Below, piece after piece: positions 24,018-38,200 of a stretch of 64,000 bases of DNA. The translations under genes and the position numbers were made by a program. Under the pieces are notes generated by a model. The model ran no database searches. It was not told the origin of the DNA and saw nothing but the letters and a program-made list of their open reading frames with translations. Within the stretch, counting starts at the first letter, position 1; every line of letters begins with the position of its first letter. Origin of the DNA: Ostrea edulis (Eukaryota); NCBI RefSeq assembly GCF_947568905.1, contig NC_079168.1:78616001-78680000 (forward strand). The letters run 5' to 3'.

Positions 24018-26719
24018 CCTTACACTAGCTGTAAACCGAACGCTTTTATAAGGAGGCGATCTGTAGCTCTACAGTCTATCCTAATTTTCCCCGGAGAGCT
24101 ACGGTTCTGCAGCTACTTAGGAGTGAGTGTTATGATGATGCATAACGATATATATATTATTATCTGTATGGATACATAGTATTGTCATTGTCTGAAAAGG
24201 GGGGGGGGGGGGGTGTTACTGGATTAAGAAGCATACCATATAACGTCGGGAATCATACCATCTGATAGAGGAAATGCTATCCATGATTAGGCTTAATTCA
24301 CAGTTGCGGCATTCTGACATCGTAACAAAATCCCTGATCATCAATTTTGATCTGCTGAATGTAATTGTTAATTAACCTTCTGGTGGATACTCTCTAGAGA
24401 TGATATAAATATGTACCGGTCATTCGAACCTTTACACCGCTGTTATGTAGGACGCTTATCCATCGAGGCCGTCTTTGAATAATGATTTATTTGATTATAT
24501 CAGTGTTATATCAAACACGTTTGTTATAATATTATGAGTACTTTACCCAAAAATGAAAGATTGGGAGGTGAATTTGTATGCTTAAATCACGATAATCGAT
24601 GTATAAATGGTTCTTTATATATACATATATAAAGCAGGGGAGGGAACTACCGTTGCGTCTTATAGTGAACAGTATAACTCACTGCCTATTGAGATGTATC
24701 TTGTGATATTACCGTGTAAGTTATCATTGTGTCTCATGTTATAATTTTTACAATAAAATTGTGTTCTGAAGGGAAAAGGAGTCAGTTCTGTCGAGTCAGT
24801 TTATTTATCTTGATAGCAGAATATTCATATCCAAGATTAGATAGATTACTTACTAGTTATGCCTTCGCGATCACAAATGCTAGTATATGATATTGATAAT
24901 ACATGAACAATTTATTGTAATTATTTATAAGCACATTTGTTTTAATATTATACACGGTAACTTCAGTAAATACACATATACATGTAAACTTTGTATATTC
25001 ACGAATATATAACACCAGAATTCGAAAATATGAGAGGGGGGGGTCGCACTACTATATACGTACTGAAAGGAAACGTCAATGGTCTCGATTACGGATACAT
25101 ATACAACAGCGAGCGAAGCGAACAGACAAAACTGAAGAATTGAAGACGGCGAACCCAAAAATATAAATGGGTATCTAGCACCAGTCAAGGTTAGATTATT
25201 TATTTTCTTGCAAGTGGAGGACAAATTATTATTTCCCCAAATTCGCTAAACACCTCTAATTATAAAATAATTGTCCCTTTAAAATATGTATTTTAATATT
25301 CAAATTTATAAATGTGATCTGGCAAGATCTGAGATTTTGTCATGCGAGGAAAAATAATTCGTTCATTTGATGCACTGCTAATACAATAATTTATGTTAAT
25401 CAGGGGCTATGGTTAATTAAGGGGCGAGTTCTTGAACGCAGCCCTGTTCTTTGCACGCCATCTAGCGTCAATTCTGTTAATGACTGTAGTTGTGCATGAT
25501 CATTTTGCAACGGAGTCAATTGATTTTGCAATATTAAAGTGCGTGCGTTTTAAAATTTTATATTAACGCCTTTTTTACCCTTTCCACGGCTCATATATTT
25601 GCCCAGTACCAGGGTATGTTACATTTTCTTACGGAATATTCTTGTGACGGTCAACTTGATTTAAACTTAATTCTAAAATTTGTAAAAGACCTAATTATTC
25701 ATTGCTTATTTTCCAATTAATTGCATACGTATCATTTTGTTTTTGTCAAAGTTTAAAAACGAAAACGATGGGATGGGAGTGTTTGATTAAGTGTTTGTAT
25801 CGATCGATTTTTTCTGTCCAATATTGCAAAATACCAATATTTCCCAATCTATCATGTCCATTGACCTATAATTCAAACAGAGCGTGCAAGTGAACAATGC
25901 ATCGAAGAGACAAACGACTGCAAGACTTCAGCTTCCAGTAGCAACGGGCAAACAAGGCCGACATTGCATAGTTATAGCATAACCTACATGTACATGTACC
26001 CACGATTTGCAACATTCCGCTAATATTATCGAAATTCGATCTGACTGAGCATTTAAATTGTAGTTCTATCCGAGTGCATAGGTTATTGGGCGGTCTCGAC
26101 TTGTTGACATTCACAACGGAGTAGACCTTGGAAAAACTGGATTTCCGGTGATTAAGAGTAAGTTTGGCCCCTTGTTTAAATCCATTGTTTGTAAGCAATT
26201 GTTGCATTAATATCGGATTAGGGATTGTGACCTTATAGTTTTCGTTGACTTGTGCAGTTCGGCTGTCATCAAGTGGAACGTCAATGACCGAAACAAAGTG
26301 CGTTTAAAGGGTCATATATACCGATGATGATAGATTTGATGCTGAAATATCTTTTGTTTGTGTCAATGAAATATTGAAATTCAGATTTATACCATTAGAT
26401 GAAAAGAGCCTTCATCATGCTCCACTGTATACAGTATAAGTTTCATCGTAGACCTGCAGAAAGGAACAGAGTTTCCCAATGTTTATGTTGTTTACACAGA
26501 GTTTAGCAGTTTGTACACCCGCTATATAAGAATTGGGAAAAACCCCTATGTACATGTATGTAATCGCACTACATGTCAGAGGCTCACACAGAGCAGGAGA
26601 ATAGAATTACACCCGGGTCAAACAGTTTGATTATTTTCAACCTGAAGCACATGAAATATGGTTCACTTTTCTGCTTAGATTCATGAAGCATTACTTTATT
26701 TTCAGATTAAGACTCCAAT

Positions 26720-28145
26720 ATGGGATCTGGTGGAAGTAAAAAGCCCAAACCACCTGCACAACCCAAGATGGTGGCTGGAGTTCCCCCGCAGCCGCCTTAT
26801 CTGGGTCCTCCCTGCGAATACCGCATGGAAAACTTCTTGGTTCCGTACGTGGTACAGTCGGACTTCGGATTCATGCCCGTTCAAGGCATGCCATTAACCA
26901 CAATAGACTTGAATGTGTACAACATGGCCCTGGGGTCACTGTATGACCTTGGATATCGTCTGGTGTCATTCTCAGTCATTCCTGCCTCCCTCACAGTCAG
27001 TGGATTTGTCACGGCTAATGTCAAACAAACACACAAATACCAAGGAATTTGTCGGAAATTACCAGAAGACGAACAACCTCAGCAATGGTCTCTAAAGGTC
27101 GTCAAGTCGTTTTTGCCCTCTAAAGTATTTACGTATGGATTGTTCCGATTAGGAGATGCTAAAATCACAGCCGATTCTAACCACATTTTCCAGACGATTT
27201 TGCAGGAGGCGGCAAACGGTGCTCGACTTGTATGCATAGAAATAACAGGTTTTAACTCCCAAAATGTGCAAGCACCTATGGCGACAAGCGCAGCGGCAGG
27301 AGCCTTTGGTGGCGCAGGTGCCATGAACATGTGCTTCTTTGGGCAAAGTCCAAACATGAGTAATTCTTTTTTATCTTCTTCAACAACCCGTTTCTTTAAT
27401 TCATTTTTCGTTCATGTGTATAATTAGTGAATACATGTACATGCCTACTATTGGAGTGTGCAATAGATTTATTCAATCAAGTTTGATCGTTACCTGTTTT
27501 GTCTTAAATGTATTATTTTATTTTACAGTTTTAGGAGTGGACATCTTCCTGGAGATTCCACGAAACCCAACTTCTGCCCGTTATGTTTACCAGTGTGTTA
27601 CAATTCCTATGAAAATCACATGGACGATGGCGATGGCTATGGGCGGGAAATGGATTGTAGAGATGGACTGGGTAGGAGTGACGTCACAATACCTTGGGAG
27701 TGGATGGAGAATGGTTGACTTGTTCATGGACCAAAACAACAGTGCTTTCCGTGATAATGCATTCTTCACTTCAAAAATAACAATCAACCAGAACTGTATA
27801 TTCTTTTTTGAAAAGGAGGAGTCCAAGATGAATGATAACACTCCCATCTATGAAGCAACAATGGTCCAATATAACTCCCCGGGGAAAATGACAGGCGGGA
27901 TTGGTACCACCACAGCAACATTTAACACGGCTTGGGAACCCGTGGTGAATCAGCTAGGAACCTTTGGATGGGAGCTAGTCAAAATCCTAGACACGCCAGC
28001 ATTGAACTTTGACGGTATGGCCGGGTTCGGTTCGCTTTCATTCAAAAAGGTCATGTGGATGTTTTATCAGAGAAAAATCGTTACAGCTGCTGCGCCACCT
28101 GCTGGCGAAAAGCCTCCACCTGCTGCAGCAACCCCGCAACAGTGA
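26720..28145 (+). CDS. Raftlin-like / four-module DUF4177-like protein, paralogue A (418 aa)
   Basis: Coding exons 26720-27359 and 27529-28145 (169-bp phase-1 GT-AG intron). Starts MGSGGSK (myristoylation motif). Four modules with G[YAW][RE][LM]V cores (LYDLGYRLV, EAANGARLV, YLGSGWRMV, LGTFGWELV) and a Pro/Ala tail. Family assignment is by recalled similarity to raftlin (LYQQGF.., QEAASQG..) and the DUF4177 GWELV motif. The CDS is firm; the name is less so. Confidence 0.88.
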
Positions 28146-29821
28146 AAGTAGTACTGCAATTTCTGATGTACATGTATGCGTGGCTCTGTGATATATTCAT
28201 TTAATTTGTAATAGTTTTATTGAAACTGTTCTCGCTGGAATGGTCTACTGTTCATTTAATTGTAACTGACTTTCACATTCTGTTTCTTTTGATGAACCTT
28301 CGAAGTGTACAGTAAATACTGGGAAGACTTTGTATTTTTGCCTTTTAAAGTTTCCTCGGCACGCCATTTTACCCCAACATTGGAACCTTCGGGCCAGTCC
28401 GGGGTCAATGAATAACTACTTACACGTAATTCAACTACTACTTAATTCAATGTGGCCGGAAAAAGAAAATATTTTGATAACGTTTAAAATGAATCTACAT
28501 GAATGTATGCATTTATGAAATGGTTGTTCGCGGGATAAAGGAATTATATAAAGGGACATGATTCGTCCACGTGACTGCATGTTGTCAGGGACTCGCACTG
28601 ATTGTATGGTCCAGTCAATACCTAGGTCCATGGTGTAGTACACACCTGGAGGTGTATAGTCATAAAATGTCAGACATTGATAGAAGCTGCACTAGTTTGC
28701 ACTTTTATATGAGGGAAACCGAAGGCTTCCATTGAAATAAAAGGAAATATGTTCAATAGCCGTTGGGCCGGTGTTGAAAACGAGGGATTCGAGATTCCAT
28801 TCTATTTGTGATGCCAATTTAAAGAACAAATGATCAACTAGTCCTGATGGGATACCAGATTTACATAAATAATAAAATATAAAACTGTAATGAACACTCA
28901 CAATCGTCAGATTCTGCTAGTGAGGCATTTCTTTGGACTACATCCCAGTGATGTGAACGTTGTGTAGATTTTTTTTTATGATATACATGTATTCTATGCA
29001 TTTTGATACTAAACAAGTTAAAACAGAGCACTTATGTCGGTGTTAACTGTAATTAGAAATAAAAACAAAAACAAAAACCAATTGCAACCGCTCAATCTGA
29101 GGCCCGGTTTATTATTGAATTTCACTACATGTATATCAAAAAAGAAAACAAACAAAAATCTTTTTCCCATGAAAAAAATTTGACCCCCAAAAGATCACGA
29201 CATATCCGAATATGAATTACACAACAAGAGGATGCCTCGACACCAATATGACTAACATGACCTTGGAAAGGTCTTAATTGACAAAAGAAATCTACATATA
29301 ATGGACATATGAAAGCTGTACTGTAAATGGTTCAGGAAATATTGAATAAGTCAGGTTTTCTAAAAGTAAGTCAAACTTCACGATCACAAGGTCAAACACC
29401 ACGGCATCACAGAAACTTGTAATTTTGTCTGTAATAATAATAGTAGGGGTTTATCACCTCCTACAAGAATGAAACTAATTTTTATTTAGAACTTTGATTC
29501 AAGGTAGTGATTGCAAAGCATCACGTGGTTTATTCATGTAGTTATTTTCGTTTCTGATTCTGGAATACATCAAGCGTTTGGGCATCAGTAATGACACATG
29601 ATTTAAACAAAGACTTGTCAGATGTGACCAGGGTAAAGTGAAAATATGTTTAGAAATATACCGGTACAAGCAAACATAAAATACAAATAAAAACTCCCTT
29701 ATATTTTTATCATCTTTTCAATAATAGTCATAGTCTCCATGTAACCCCTCCCCTGTTAATTTTCAGTCTTACAAATTCTTAAACCACCAGGCCTATTAAA
29801 ATCATAATATATAGTGTTATG

Positions 29822-29856
29822 ATTGATTGATTGATTGTATCTTGCTTAACGTCTCT

Positions 29857-29891
<35 letters not shown>

Positions 29892-30205
29892 AGACCGGTG
29901 AAAGGCTTTCAAATTTAGGCCTTTGCTCAGCACTTATGGCCATTGAGCAGTGAGGGTTCTTTAGCGTGCCACGCCTCCTATAGTCTAGGTCACCTACACG
30001 TTTGTCAATGCAGTATTCTACGGCTTGCGTGACCTAGGCTACACCTCCTACGACACGGGGCATCCGTTTTTAAGTTCATCTCCGAGGACCCGTGACATTC
30101 ACACCTGATGCCGAGCGTTTGGCGATGGAACTGTCACTCCCTGTTTTAACGACTTAGATCTGTCGCGGCCCGGATTCGAACCCCGGCCTCCCGCTTGCAG
30201 GGTAT
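29822..30205 (-). mobile_element. SINE copy carrying a nested 61-bp insertion
   Basis: (GATT)n tail, conserved body, and B-box-like GGGTTCGAATCC on the minus strand near 30175-30185. Confidence 0.8.
29981..30041. mobile_element. 61-bp mini-MITE with TAG termini and 9-bp TSD
   Basis: TAGTCTAGGTCAC...GTGACCTAGGCTA (13-bp TIR, 1 mismatch) flanked by CGCCTCCTA / CACCTCCTA. Absent from the other SINE copies. Confidence 0.7.
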
Positions 30206-30814
30206 ATAGTGTTATTAATTTCATAACATGCATACATTATTAGTGCACATAATCTAAAATGCTGGGTAAGTAGGCATAATAACCAAGGGAAGCCGTAGGC
30301 GAGGAAACATGGGCTACGTAAACGCGTCACTTTGAGCAAAAAAAATAAATAAAAAATGAATAATTCTTAGCACTTGCTGTTAATATCTTTTTCTCAATAA
30401 GTTCAGTTAATTCTTATGCTATGAAAAATAACAAAGGTTTGTTGTTGTTTCAAGATAATAGCTTGTAAAAATCACAAGGAATACGACGTCACAATGCACA
30501 GTTTATATCGGCGGTCTTATAGTTTTTTGCGACCACTTTTCGGCTCATTCCCTTGTTTGTCCTGGTGGCCATGAACAACTTTATTTCCGGTGATTATATA
30601 GACTTTCATTAACATTCATCGAGTAAAATTATATGAACCTTTCCTTGTGTTATCACATCTATGTTTGATATAACTACATCACAGTATTTAAAGAGATAAT
30701 ATGTTTTTTTCAATATTTGACTTTCAAATCTGCATGTCTAAAAGGGATACCTACTCCTGAGGACTTTATTTGAACAAACTTATATAAACTCTATTTCAGG
30801 GAGCTTTTCTTTTC

Positions 30815-31200
30815 ATGTTTTGTCTGTTGTCTGTCCTTCCGTCCGTCCGTCCGTCTGTTAACATTTTCATCTTCTCTTAAACCACTGAACCATTTTCAGC
30901 CAAACATGGTGCAACTCATCCTTGTGTAAAAAGGATTCAAGTTTGTTTAAATAAAGTTTCAACGGAGAGAAAAAAAAAAAAAAAAAAAAAGGGAGGCAAA
31001 AAATAGGATGAGGTGAATTAAAAAGTATATCACTAGGCCAGAAAAGTTGAAATTTACATGGCAGCTTCCTGATATAAAGTAGATTCAAATTTGTTCAAAT
31101 CATGGGGTTAGAGTGGAACCACAATAGGGGATCAACGTTTTACATGAAGATATACAAGAAAAATCACTTAAAATATTCTTCTCAAGAACCACTTTGCGAG
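30815..31200 (+). mobile_element. HINE fragment ((GTCC)n plus satellite unit)
   Basis: CTGTCCTTCCGTCCGTCCGTCCGTCTG followed by TTTCATCTTCTCTTAAACCACTG... and one satellite unit. Confidence 0.65.
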
Positions 31201-31224
31201 AAAATATGAAATTGGATATTTTAT

Positions 31225-32045
31225 TGAACATAGATGTCAACGGCAAATTAAAAACACAACTTCATGACAAACTAGATAACTTGAGCTTCTTCATCGTCAA
31301 CTTCCCATATTTGTGTGGCATAACCTGCATAAAAAGTGAAGATAACGAACAGCAATCAATTTCATGGATCCCATAAAGAATACAAAATTAGGAGAAGGGC
31401 AAACACGGGCCCTTGGACACACTAGTAGGTGCATTAGAGGAGTAAGTATCCCCTGTTGACCGGTCATGCCCACCATGAACCTTTCACATCAAAGCAAATT
31501 ATTGACAAATAAGTTGATATTAGAGGGTCGAATGCTGTCTGACGTGTTTCATACCAATTTGTTAAGCCGTTCTTTGCATACTGATTTTGACTACGGATTA
31601 TTCCATCTACCTAATCAAGATATAGGGCCCATGGCGGGTGTAACTGAACAAGAGGGGATGCTAACTTCTCCTAGGCACCTGATCCCACCTCCGGTGTGTC
31701 CAGGGGTCCGTGTTTGCCCTTCTCTTAATTTTGTATTCTTTATGGAATTTGATTGATGATTATCTTTAACCGTGTATTGATCAAAGATTCTTTATCTTAC
31801 TAGACCACAAAACCTCTATCGAGCATCCTGGTTTAGTTACTTCCGGTTTCTCATTTCATTTTCATCTGTGACATGCAACAACCGAACACCCTGTATGCTC
31901 TCTCAGTTAGACCAAAATTATAGGCACCTTATCTCACCTCTGGTGTGTCCAGGGATCCGTGTTTGCTCAACTCTCTATTTTGTATTGCTTATAGGAGTTA
32001 TCAGATTGATCACTGTTCGTTATTTCCACCTTTCATACTTAATCA
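31225..32045 (+). mobile_element. Cluster of Penelope-like 3' fragments
   Basis: LNIDVNGKLKTQLHDKLDNLSFFIVNFPYLC (RT-end pattern) plus two copies of the 3' block CTCCTAGGCACCTGATCCCACCTCTGGTGTGTCCAGGGGTCCGTGTTTGC. Confidence 0.7.
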
Positions 32046-32092
32046 TTCTATACGCAAAAGCATCTATGTATAAAGCGTCCATGTGTACCGAC

Positions 32093-32410
32093 CGGTCGCG
32101 GTAGCTCAATGGTAGAGCGTTCGCTTCGTAACCCGGAGGTCATGAGTTCGCGAGCCTCGATTGTGCCATGACCGCTTTAAACCTAAGACGTTAATATGGG
32201 TAGTGATTGCTCCTTCGCCGAACGCTCGGAATTATTAAAAGTGAGAATCACGGGTCTTTCGGATATGACCTTAACAACGGAGGTCTCGTATCGAGGTGCG
32301 TTAAAGAACCCTCACTGCTTCGACCTGATCGCTAAGCATAGGTCTAAATGTGTGGTTACAACTGGTGACGTTTTAATGTGAGTGAAAAATTCTCAACGGG
32401 AGGTAAAAAA
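32093..32410 (+). mobile_element. Near full-length tRNA-derived SINE
   Basis: Head GGTAGCTCAATGGTAGAGCGTTCGC...GAGTTCG (A/B boxes), body, and an A-rich tail. Confidence 0.75.
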
Positions 32411-32529
32411 ACAAAACAAATAAAAATGTATGTGTTAGTAGGTATAGATTTTCCATATTTGCTAATTGTAACCCATTCTAGATTTTCCCATCTTGTAGAG
32501 AAATCAACAGCTGTAGGAAAAACGCCACA

Positions 32530-33855
32530 ATATACATAGTGTTTACAGCCGTAGCAGTCACAACATACATATTATTTACAGCTGCAGCAGTCACCACATA
32601 CAGTGTTTACAGCTGTAGCAGTCACAACATACATAGTGTTTACAGTTGTAGCAGTCACCACATACATAGTGTTTACAGCTGTAGCAGTCACAACATACAG
32701 TGTTTACAGTTGTAGCAGTCACAACATACATAGTGTTTACAGCTGTAGCAGTCACCACATACAGTGTTTACAGCTGTAGCAGTCACAACATACATATTAT
32801 TTACAGCTGCAGCAGTCACCACATACAGTGTTTACAGCTGTAGCAGTCGCAACATACATTGTTTACAGCTGTAGCAGTCACAACATACATATTATTTACA
32901 GCTGTAGCAGTCACAACATACATAGTGTTTACAGCTGTAACAGTCACATCATACAGTGTTTACAACTGTAGCAGTCACAACATACATAGTGTTTACAGCT
33001 GTAGCAGTCACAACATACATAGTGTTTACAGCTGTAGCAGTCACAACATACATAGTGTTTACAGCTGTAGCAGTCACAACATACATAGAGTTTACAGCTG
33101 TAGCAGTCACAATATACATTGTTTACAGTTGTAGCAGTCACAACATACATAGTGTTTACAGTTGTAGCAGTCACGACATACATAGTGTTTACAGTTGTAG
33201 AAGTCACGACATACATAGTGTTTACAGTTGTAGCAGTCACAACATACATAGTTTTTACAGTTGTAGCAGTCACAACATACATTGTTTACAGTTGTAGCAG
33301 TCACAACATACATAGTGTTTACAGTTGTAGCAGTCACGACATACATAGTGTTTACAGTTGTAGAAGTCACGACATACATAGTGTTTACAGTTGTAGCAGT
33401 CACAACATACATAGTTTTTACAGTTGTAGCAGTCACAACATACATTGTTTACAGTTGTAGCAGTCACAACATACATAGTGTTTACAGTTGTAGAAGTCAC
33501 AACATACATAGTGTTTACAGTTGTAGAAGTCACGACATACATAGTGTTTACAGTTGTAGAAGTCACGACATACATAGTGTTTACAGCTGTAGCAGTCACA
33601 ACATACATTGTGTTTACAGTTGTAGCAGTCACAACATACATTGTTTACAGTTGTAGCAGTCACAACATACATAGAGTTTACAGCTGTAGCAGTCACAACA
33701 TACATTGTTTACAGTTGTAGCAGTCACAACATACAGTGTTTACAGCCTTAGAAGTCACAACATACATAGTGTTTACAGTTGTAGAAGTCACGACATACAT
33801 AGTGTTTACAGCTGTAGAAGTCACGACATACATAGTGTTTACAGCTGTAGCAGTC
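32530..33855. repeat. 29-33-bp minisatellite, about 40 units
   Basis: Unit ACATACATAGTGTTTACAG(C/T)TGTAG(C/A)AGTCAC(A/G). It generates the overlapping spurious ORFs on both strands. Confidence 0.97.
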
Positions 33856-35212
33856 AGGTTATTTTTTAACTTGTCAACGGATTATTCCTGCAGTGACACG
33901 GGGCTTCCATCTTTAAAATCATATCTGAAAGACTTGTTACTCTTACTTTTAAGTGTAATACCGGATTCGTGGCGAGAGAAAATTCACTATTTATGTTAAT
34001 TAAACGTGTTTGGTTTGCCGCTGCCTGAGACCCGGGTCTCCTGTTAGAGCTCTAACCAGAAGACTACCGCAAACGGTAAATTGTAACTCTAATTAATACG
34101 GTATATTATGTATGTTTTTCATTGAATGATAACTTTCGATTCGTAACTGTATTTATACTGGATTGTATTAATTATATCAGTTTTGTAAAGGGGAAATAAA
34201 GAATAAATTAAATGCCCAATTTAGGGACTCGGCCAATTGAACAATGAACGACATGTCATGCCATATGCAATAGACAAACGGCTGTAAGATTTTAAATGTG
34301 GTATCCAGTGACAACTAAAAAACAAGACATAATTCCCTACAAGGGTAGGACATAGAAATCCAGTGGACTTCCGGTGATTCAAAGTAAGTGTTGTCCCTTG
34401 CCTATATTAAATTGCTTGTAATCATTTGTTGGACAAACATCGGGTTAGGGATTGTGGTCTAGTTCGGCTGTCATCACGACGGCAACAAATTCATTTAAAG
34501 GGTCGCTCATTTCATAGACTTGAATTACGACCTGTTTCTGTTGACATATTCTTGTTTGTGATGCAAGATTTCTACAAGATGATGAAATTTAGAGTGAAGA
34601 CATTTGTTGAAACATCTGGTATCCTTCTCCATTGAACAAATGGGTTAATCGACGCCATATTTCTACTACTTTCTTCGATGACCTGCGGAAAGGAACAACG
34701 TTTCAAATGGCTTATGTAGTTTGTATTGTCCAGCTATTATCAAATAGCGGGAAATGGCTGAAAATGTACATGTCAGAGGCTCACACTAAACGAAGATAAC
34801 GTGAATTCATGATGCCTGAGTCGAACCATGTTTCATTAATTAACGATAAGGGATCAGCACAGACGTGCGTAAAGCACTTGAAGATTTTCCAATCGTTAAC
34901 ACAGATTTACATCCTCACCCAAAGTCCCACAAAAGTTTGAAATACCAACACTGATATTTCATACCTGTTTCTGTGTAACAAAGACGGTGCTTTACACCAC
35001 AGTAGATTTCACTTTTCAGTTTGTTGTGTTTATTAAGAAACATTCATAATTTACGAAACTTGTGGTAAGAAAGTAGCAGATGATTTCACAGCTCTAACAA
35101 TAACGAGATTCACGAAGAATCAATTATTTTCAACCTGAAGCACATGAAATATCGTTCATTTTCCTGCATTGGTTTTTGAAGCTTTACTTTATTTTCAGAT
35201 TGAGATTCTAGT

Positions 35213-38200
35213 ATGGGATGTAGTGGAAGTCAAATCTCCGATCCCAAGATGGTGGCTGAAGTTCCCCCGCAGCCGCCCTACCTGGGTCCTCCCTGCGAAT
35301 ACCGCATGGAAAACTTCTTGGTTCCGTACGTGGTACAGTCGGACTTCGGATTCATGCCCGTTCAGGGCATGTCATTAACCACATTAGACGTGAATGTGTA
35401 CAACATGGCCTTGGGGTCACTGTATGACCTTGGATATCGTCTGGTGTCATTCTCAGTTGTTCCCTCTTCGTATACAGCCGATAGTCATGTCAAGGGTGAT
35501 GTCAAACAAACACACAAGTACCAAGGAATCTGTCGGAAATTACCGGAAGACGAACAACCCCAGCAATGGTCTCTAAAGGTCGTCAAGTCGTTTTTGCCCT
35601 CTAAAGTATTTACGTATGGATTGTTCCGATTAGGATCTGAGTCGCAAACCATTGCCGATTCCAACCACATTTTCCAGACGATTTCGCAGGAGGCGGCAAA
35701 CGGTGCTCGACTTGTGTGCATAGAAATAACAGGTTTTAACTCCCAAAATGTGAAAGCATCAACGACAGCAAAAGCAACGGCAGGATTCTCTGGCAGCACA
35801 GGTTCCACGAACATGTGCTTCTTTGGGCAAAGTCCAGAAACGAGTAAATCTTTATCTTACTTAATCAAATTGCATAAAAAAGCATGTGAATTGTCGCCAT
35901 AGCGTAGTAAATATGAGTTCGCTTGGCAACCAGTTGGTTATCGATCTCGGCCTGCGTCAAATCTATGATTGATTTATCACATATTGTTTAACGTCCCGCT
36001 CTAGAATCTTTCACTCATATGGAGTCATCACCATTGCCGGTGAAGGGCTGTAAAATTTAGGCCCAAGCTCGACGCTTACGGCCTTTGAGCAAGGAGGGAT
36101 CTTTATCGTGCCACACCTACTGTGACACGGGGCCTCAGTTAATTTTTGCGGTCTCATCCGAAGGACCGCCCCATTAAATCGCCTCTTATGACAAGCAAGG
36201 GGTTTGTAACCCGAATCTCCACGGTAAGAAATGTCTAAGATATTTGACGTAGGTAGTGACTGCGGGTAGCCCGCAGCATTAGAAGTGAAAGTCATGGGTC
36301 TTTTGAATATGACCTTGAAAAACAGAAGCCCCATGTCGCCTTATGTGTTGGCACGATAAAGGACCCCTACCTGATACGGTCGTAAGCACCACTTTGTGAT
36401 GCTTTATCTAAATCTGGTGTCACCACTGTCGGTGCGGGTTCGAATTCTGCTCGCGCCGGTAAGTGAGAAAGTTTTACCAGTTTACTTTCGGAAGGTCGGT
36501 GGTCTCTTCCCAGGTACTTTGTATCTGGGTTCTCTCTTCCACCAATAAAAACTGGGCGCCACCAGATAAATGAAAAATTGTTGAATGTGGCTGAAAAATC
36601 TAAGGCAACTGGTGACTTTTTGTACGTGTCTGTCTTCAGGCTATTATGGTACAGCGATGTCTGTACGTTCGTCCGTTCGGGGTTTTCTGTATCTAATTTC
36701 ATTTCTGTCACATATCAAGCTAAAACTTATGTAGCTTAGGATCATGTTGAAAATTTGATCCATTTCGTCCTCTCTTGCAGGAATTTTGCCCCTTTATTTG
36801 AAAATACATGTAATTGTTATATGGAAGGTACATTTAATTTGTCCGGCGAACTCCTCCCACAATTTTCAAGTGAGGGTCATCTTGTTTTACAGAAGGTTTG
36901 TATGGGTATTGAAGATGTACATGTGGCAGGGATTTTGATTTTCTTCAATTTTAAAAAAAAATTACAGGTTATTGAACTTAGTCCGTTTTAAGGTAATATT
37001 ACATAGAGAGTACATGATATGTATGGTGAAGTCCTCCCACAGTCTTCAAGTGAGAACCTTCTTATTTTACAGTGTTTATATGGGTATTGTAGGTATGCAC
37101 TTGACAAGGATTTTGATTATTGAAAAAATTACAGGTTGTTGAACTTAGTCAGTTTTGAGGAATTACTACATAGAGAGTACATGATTTGTCTGTTTTTCCT
37201 TCTACCGTTTTCAAGTGAGGAGGAGAACTCGTAAGTTATTTGAACTTGTTTCTGATCCTTTTGTATATCATATATGTACAATGAAATATGTTCAAAACAA
37301 GTGAGGACCTTCTTATTTTACAGAGTGTTTATATGGGTATAGAAGATATGCATGTGGAGAAAATTACAGGTTGTTGAACTTAGACAGTTTTGAGGAATTA
37401 CTACATAGAGAGTACATGATTTGTCTGTTTTTCCGTTCACAGTTTTCAAGTGAGGACCAGAATATTTGTGTGGGTATGGAAGGATTTTGATCCCCCCCCC
37501 CCCCCCATTTATTGAGAAAATTACGGGTTGTTGAACGTAGTCTGTTTTAAGGAAATATTTCATAAAGAGTACATGATTTGTCTTTTATTTTTCCTTCCGA
37601 AGTTTTCAAGTTAGGACCTTCTTATTTTACAGAGTATAAATGGGTATGGAAGATTTGCGTGTGGCAAGGATTTTGATTTTCCTCGATTTTTGAGAAAATT
37701 ATAGCTAGGTCGTTGGACTCGGTCCGTTTGGAGGAAACATTATATTGAGTAAAGGTCATAGTTTGTCCTCACTCCTCTCACCGGTTAGAAGCGAGGACCT
37801 TTGTAAATAACTTAAAGATGTGAATAGTGCAAGGATTTTAATTTTCAACAATTTTTAATTTTCTTTGATGCTTTGAATATCTACAAGTTGTTGAACTTGG
37901 TCAAATTTGGGGAAATATCTTACACACAGAACTCTCGGTTTGTCCATCTACCACTTGTCACAAAAAGTGCAAAGAAAGTATGTCACGGCTGATACTACCT
38001 GAAGAAAGGTTCTACGAATTATGGCTTAAGAAAACACCCTATGTAAGCATTTTCACGGGCGTATTATGTACCGTTTGCAGTGCTCTTGTTACCTATAGAG
38101 GATGACAAGTAAACACTTTTCAAAAGGAATATAAAACAATACCCCCTCCCCCCCAAAAAACCAACCAAAAACCCACAACATAGGATCTTAGATCAAGTCT

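Noticed and set aside
27360-27528. ORF-track N- and C-terminal extensions of the raftlin-like ORFs (also 35844-35902 and 38228-38253)
   Set aside because: These are read-through into intron sequence. Splice sites are conserved between both paralogues and give a continuous frame.
32859-33999. Cys/His-rich or Val/Thr-rich repeat proteins (overlapping ORFs on both strands)
   Set aside because: These are by-products of a 33-bp minisatellite. Frames break at every short unit and there is no splice or promoter support.
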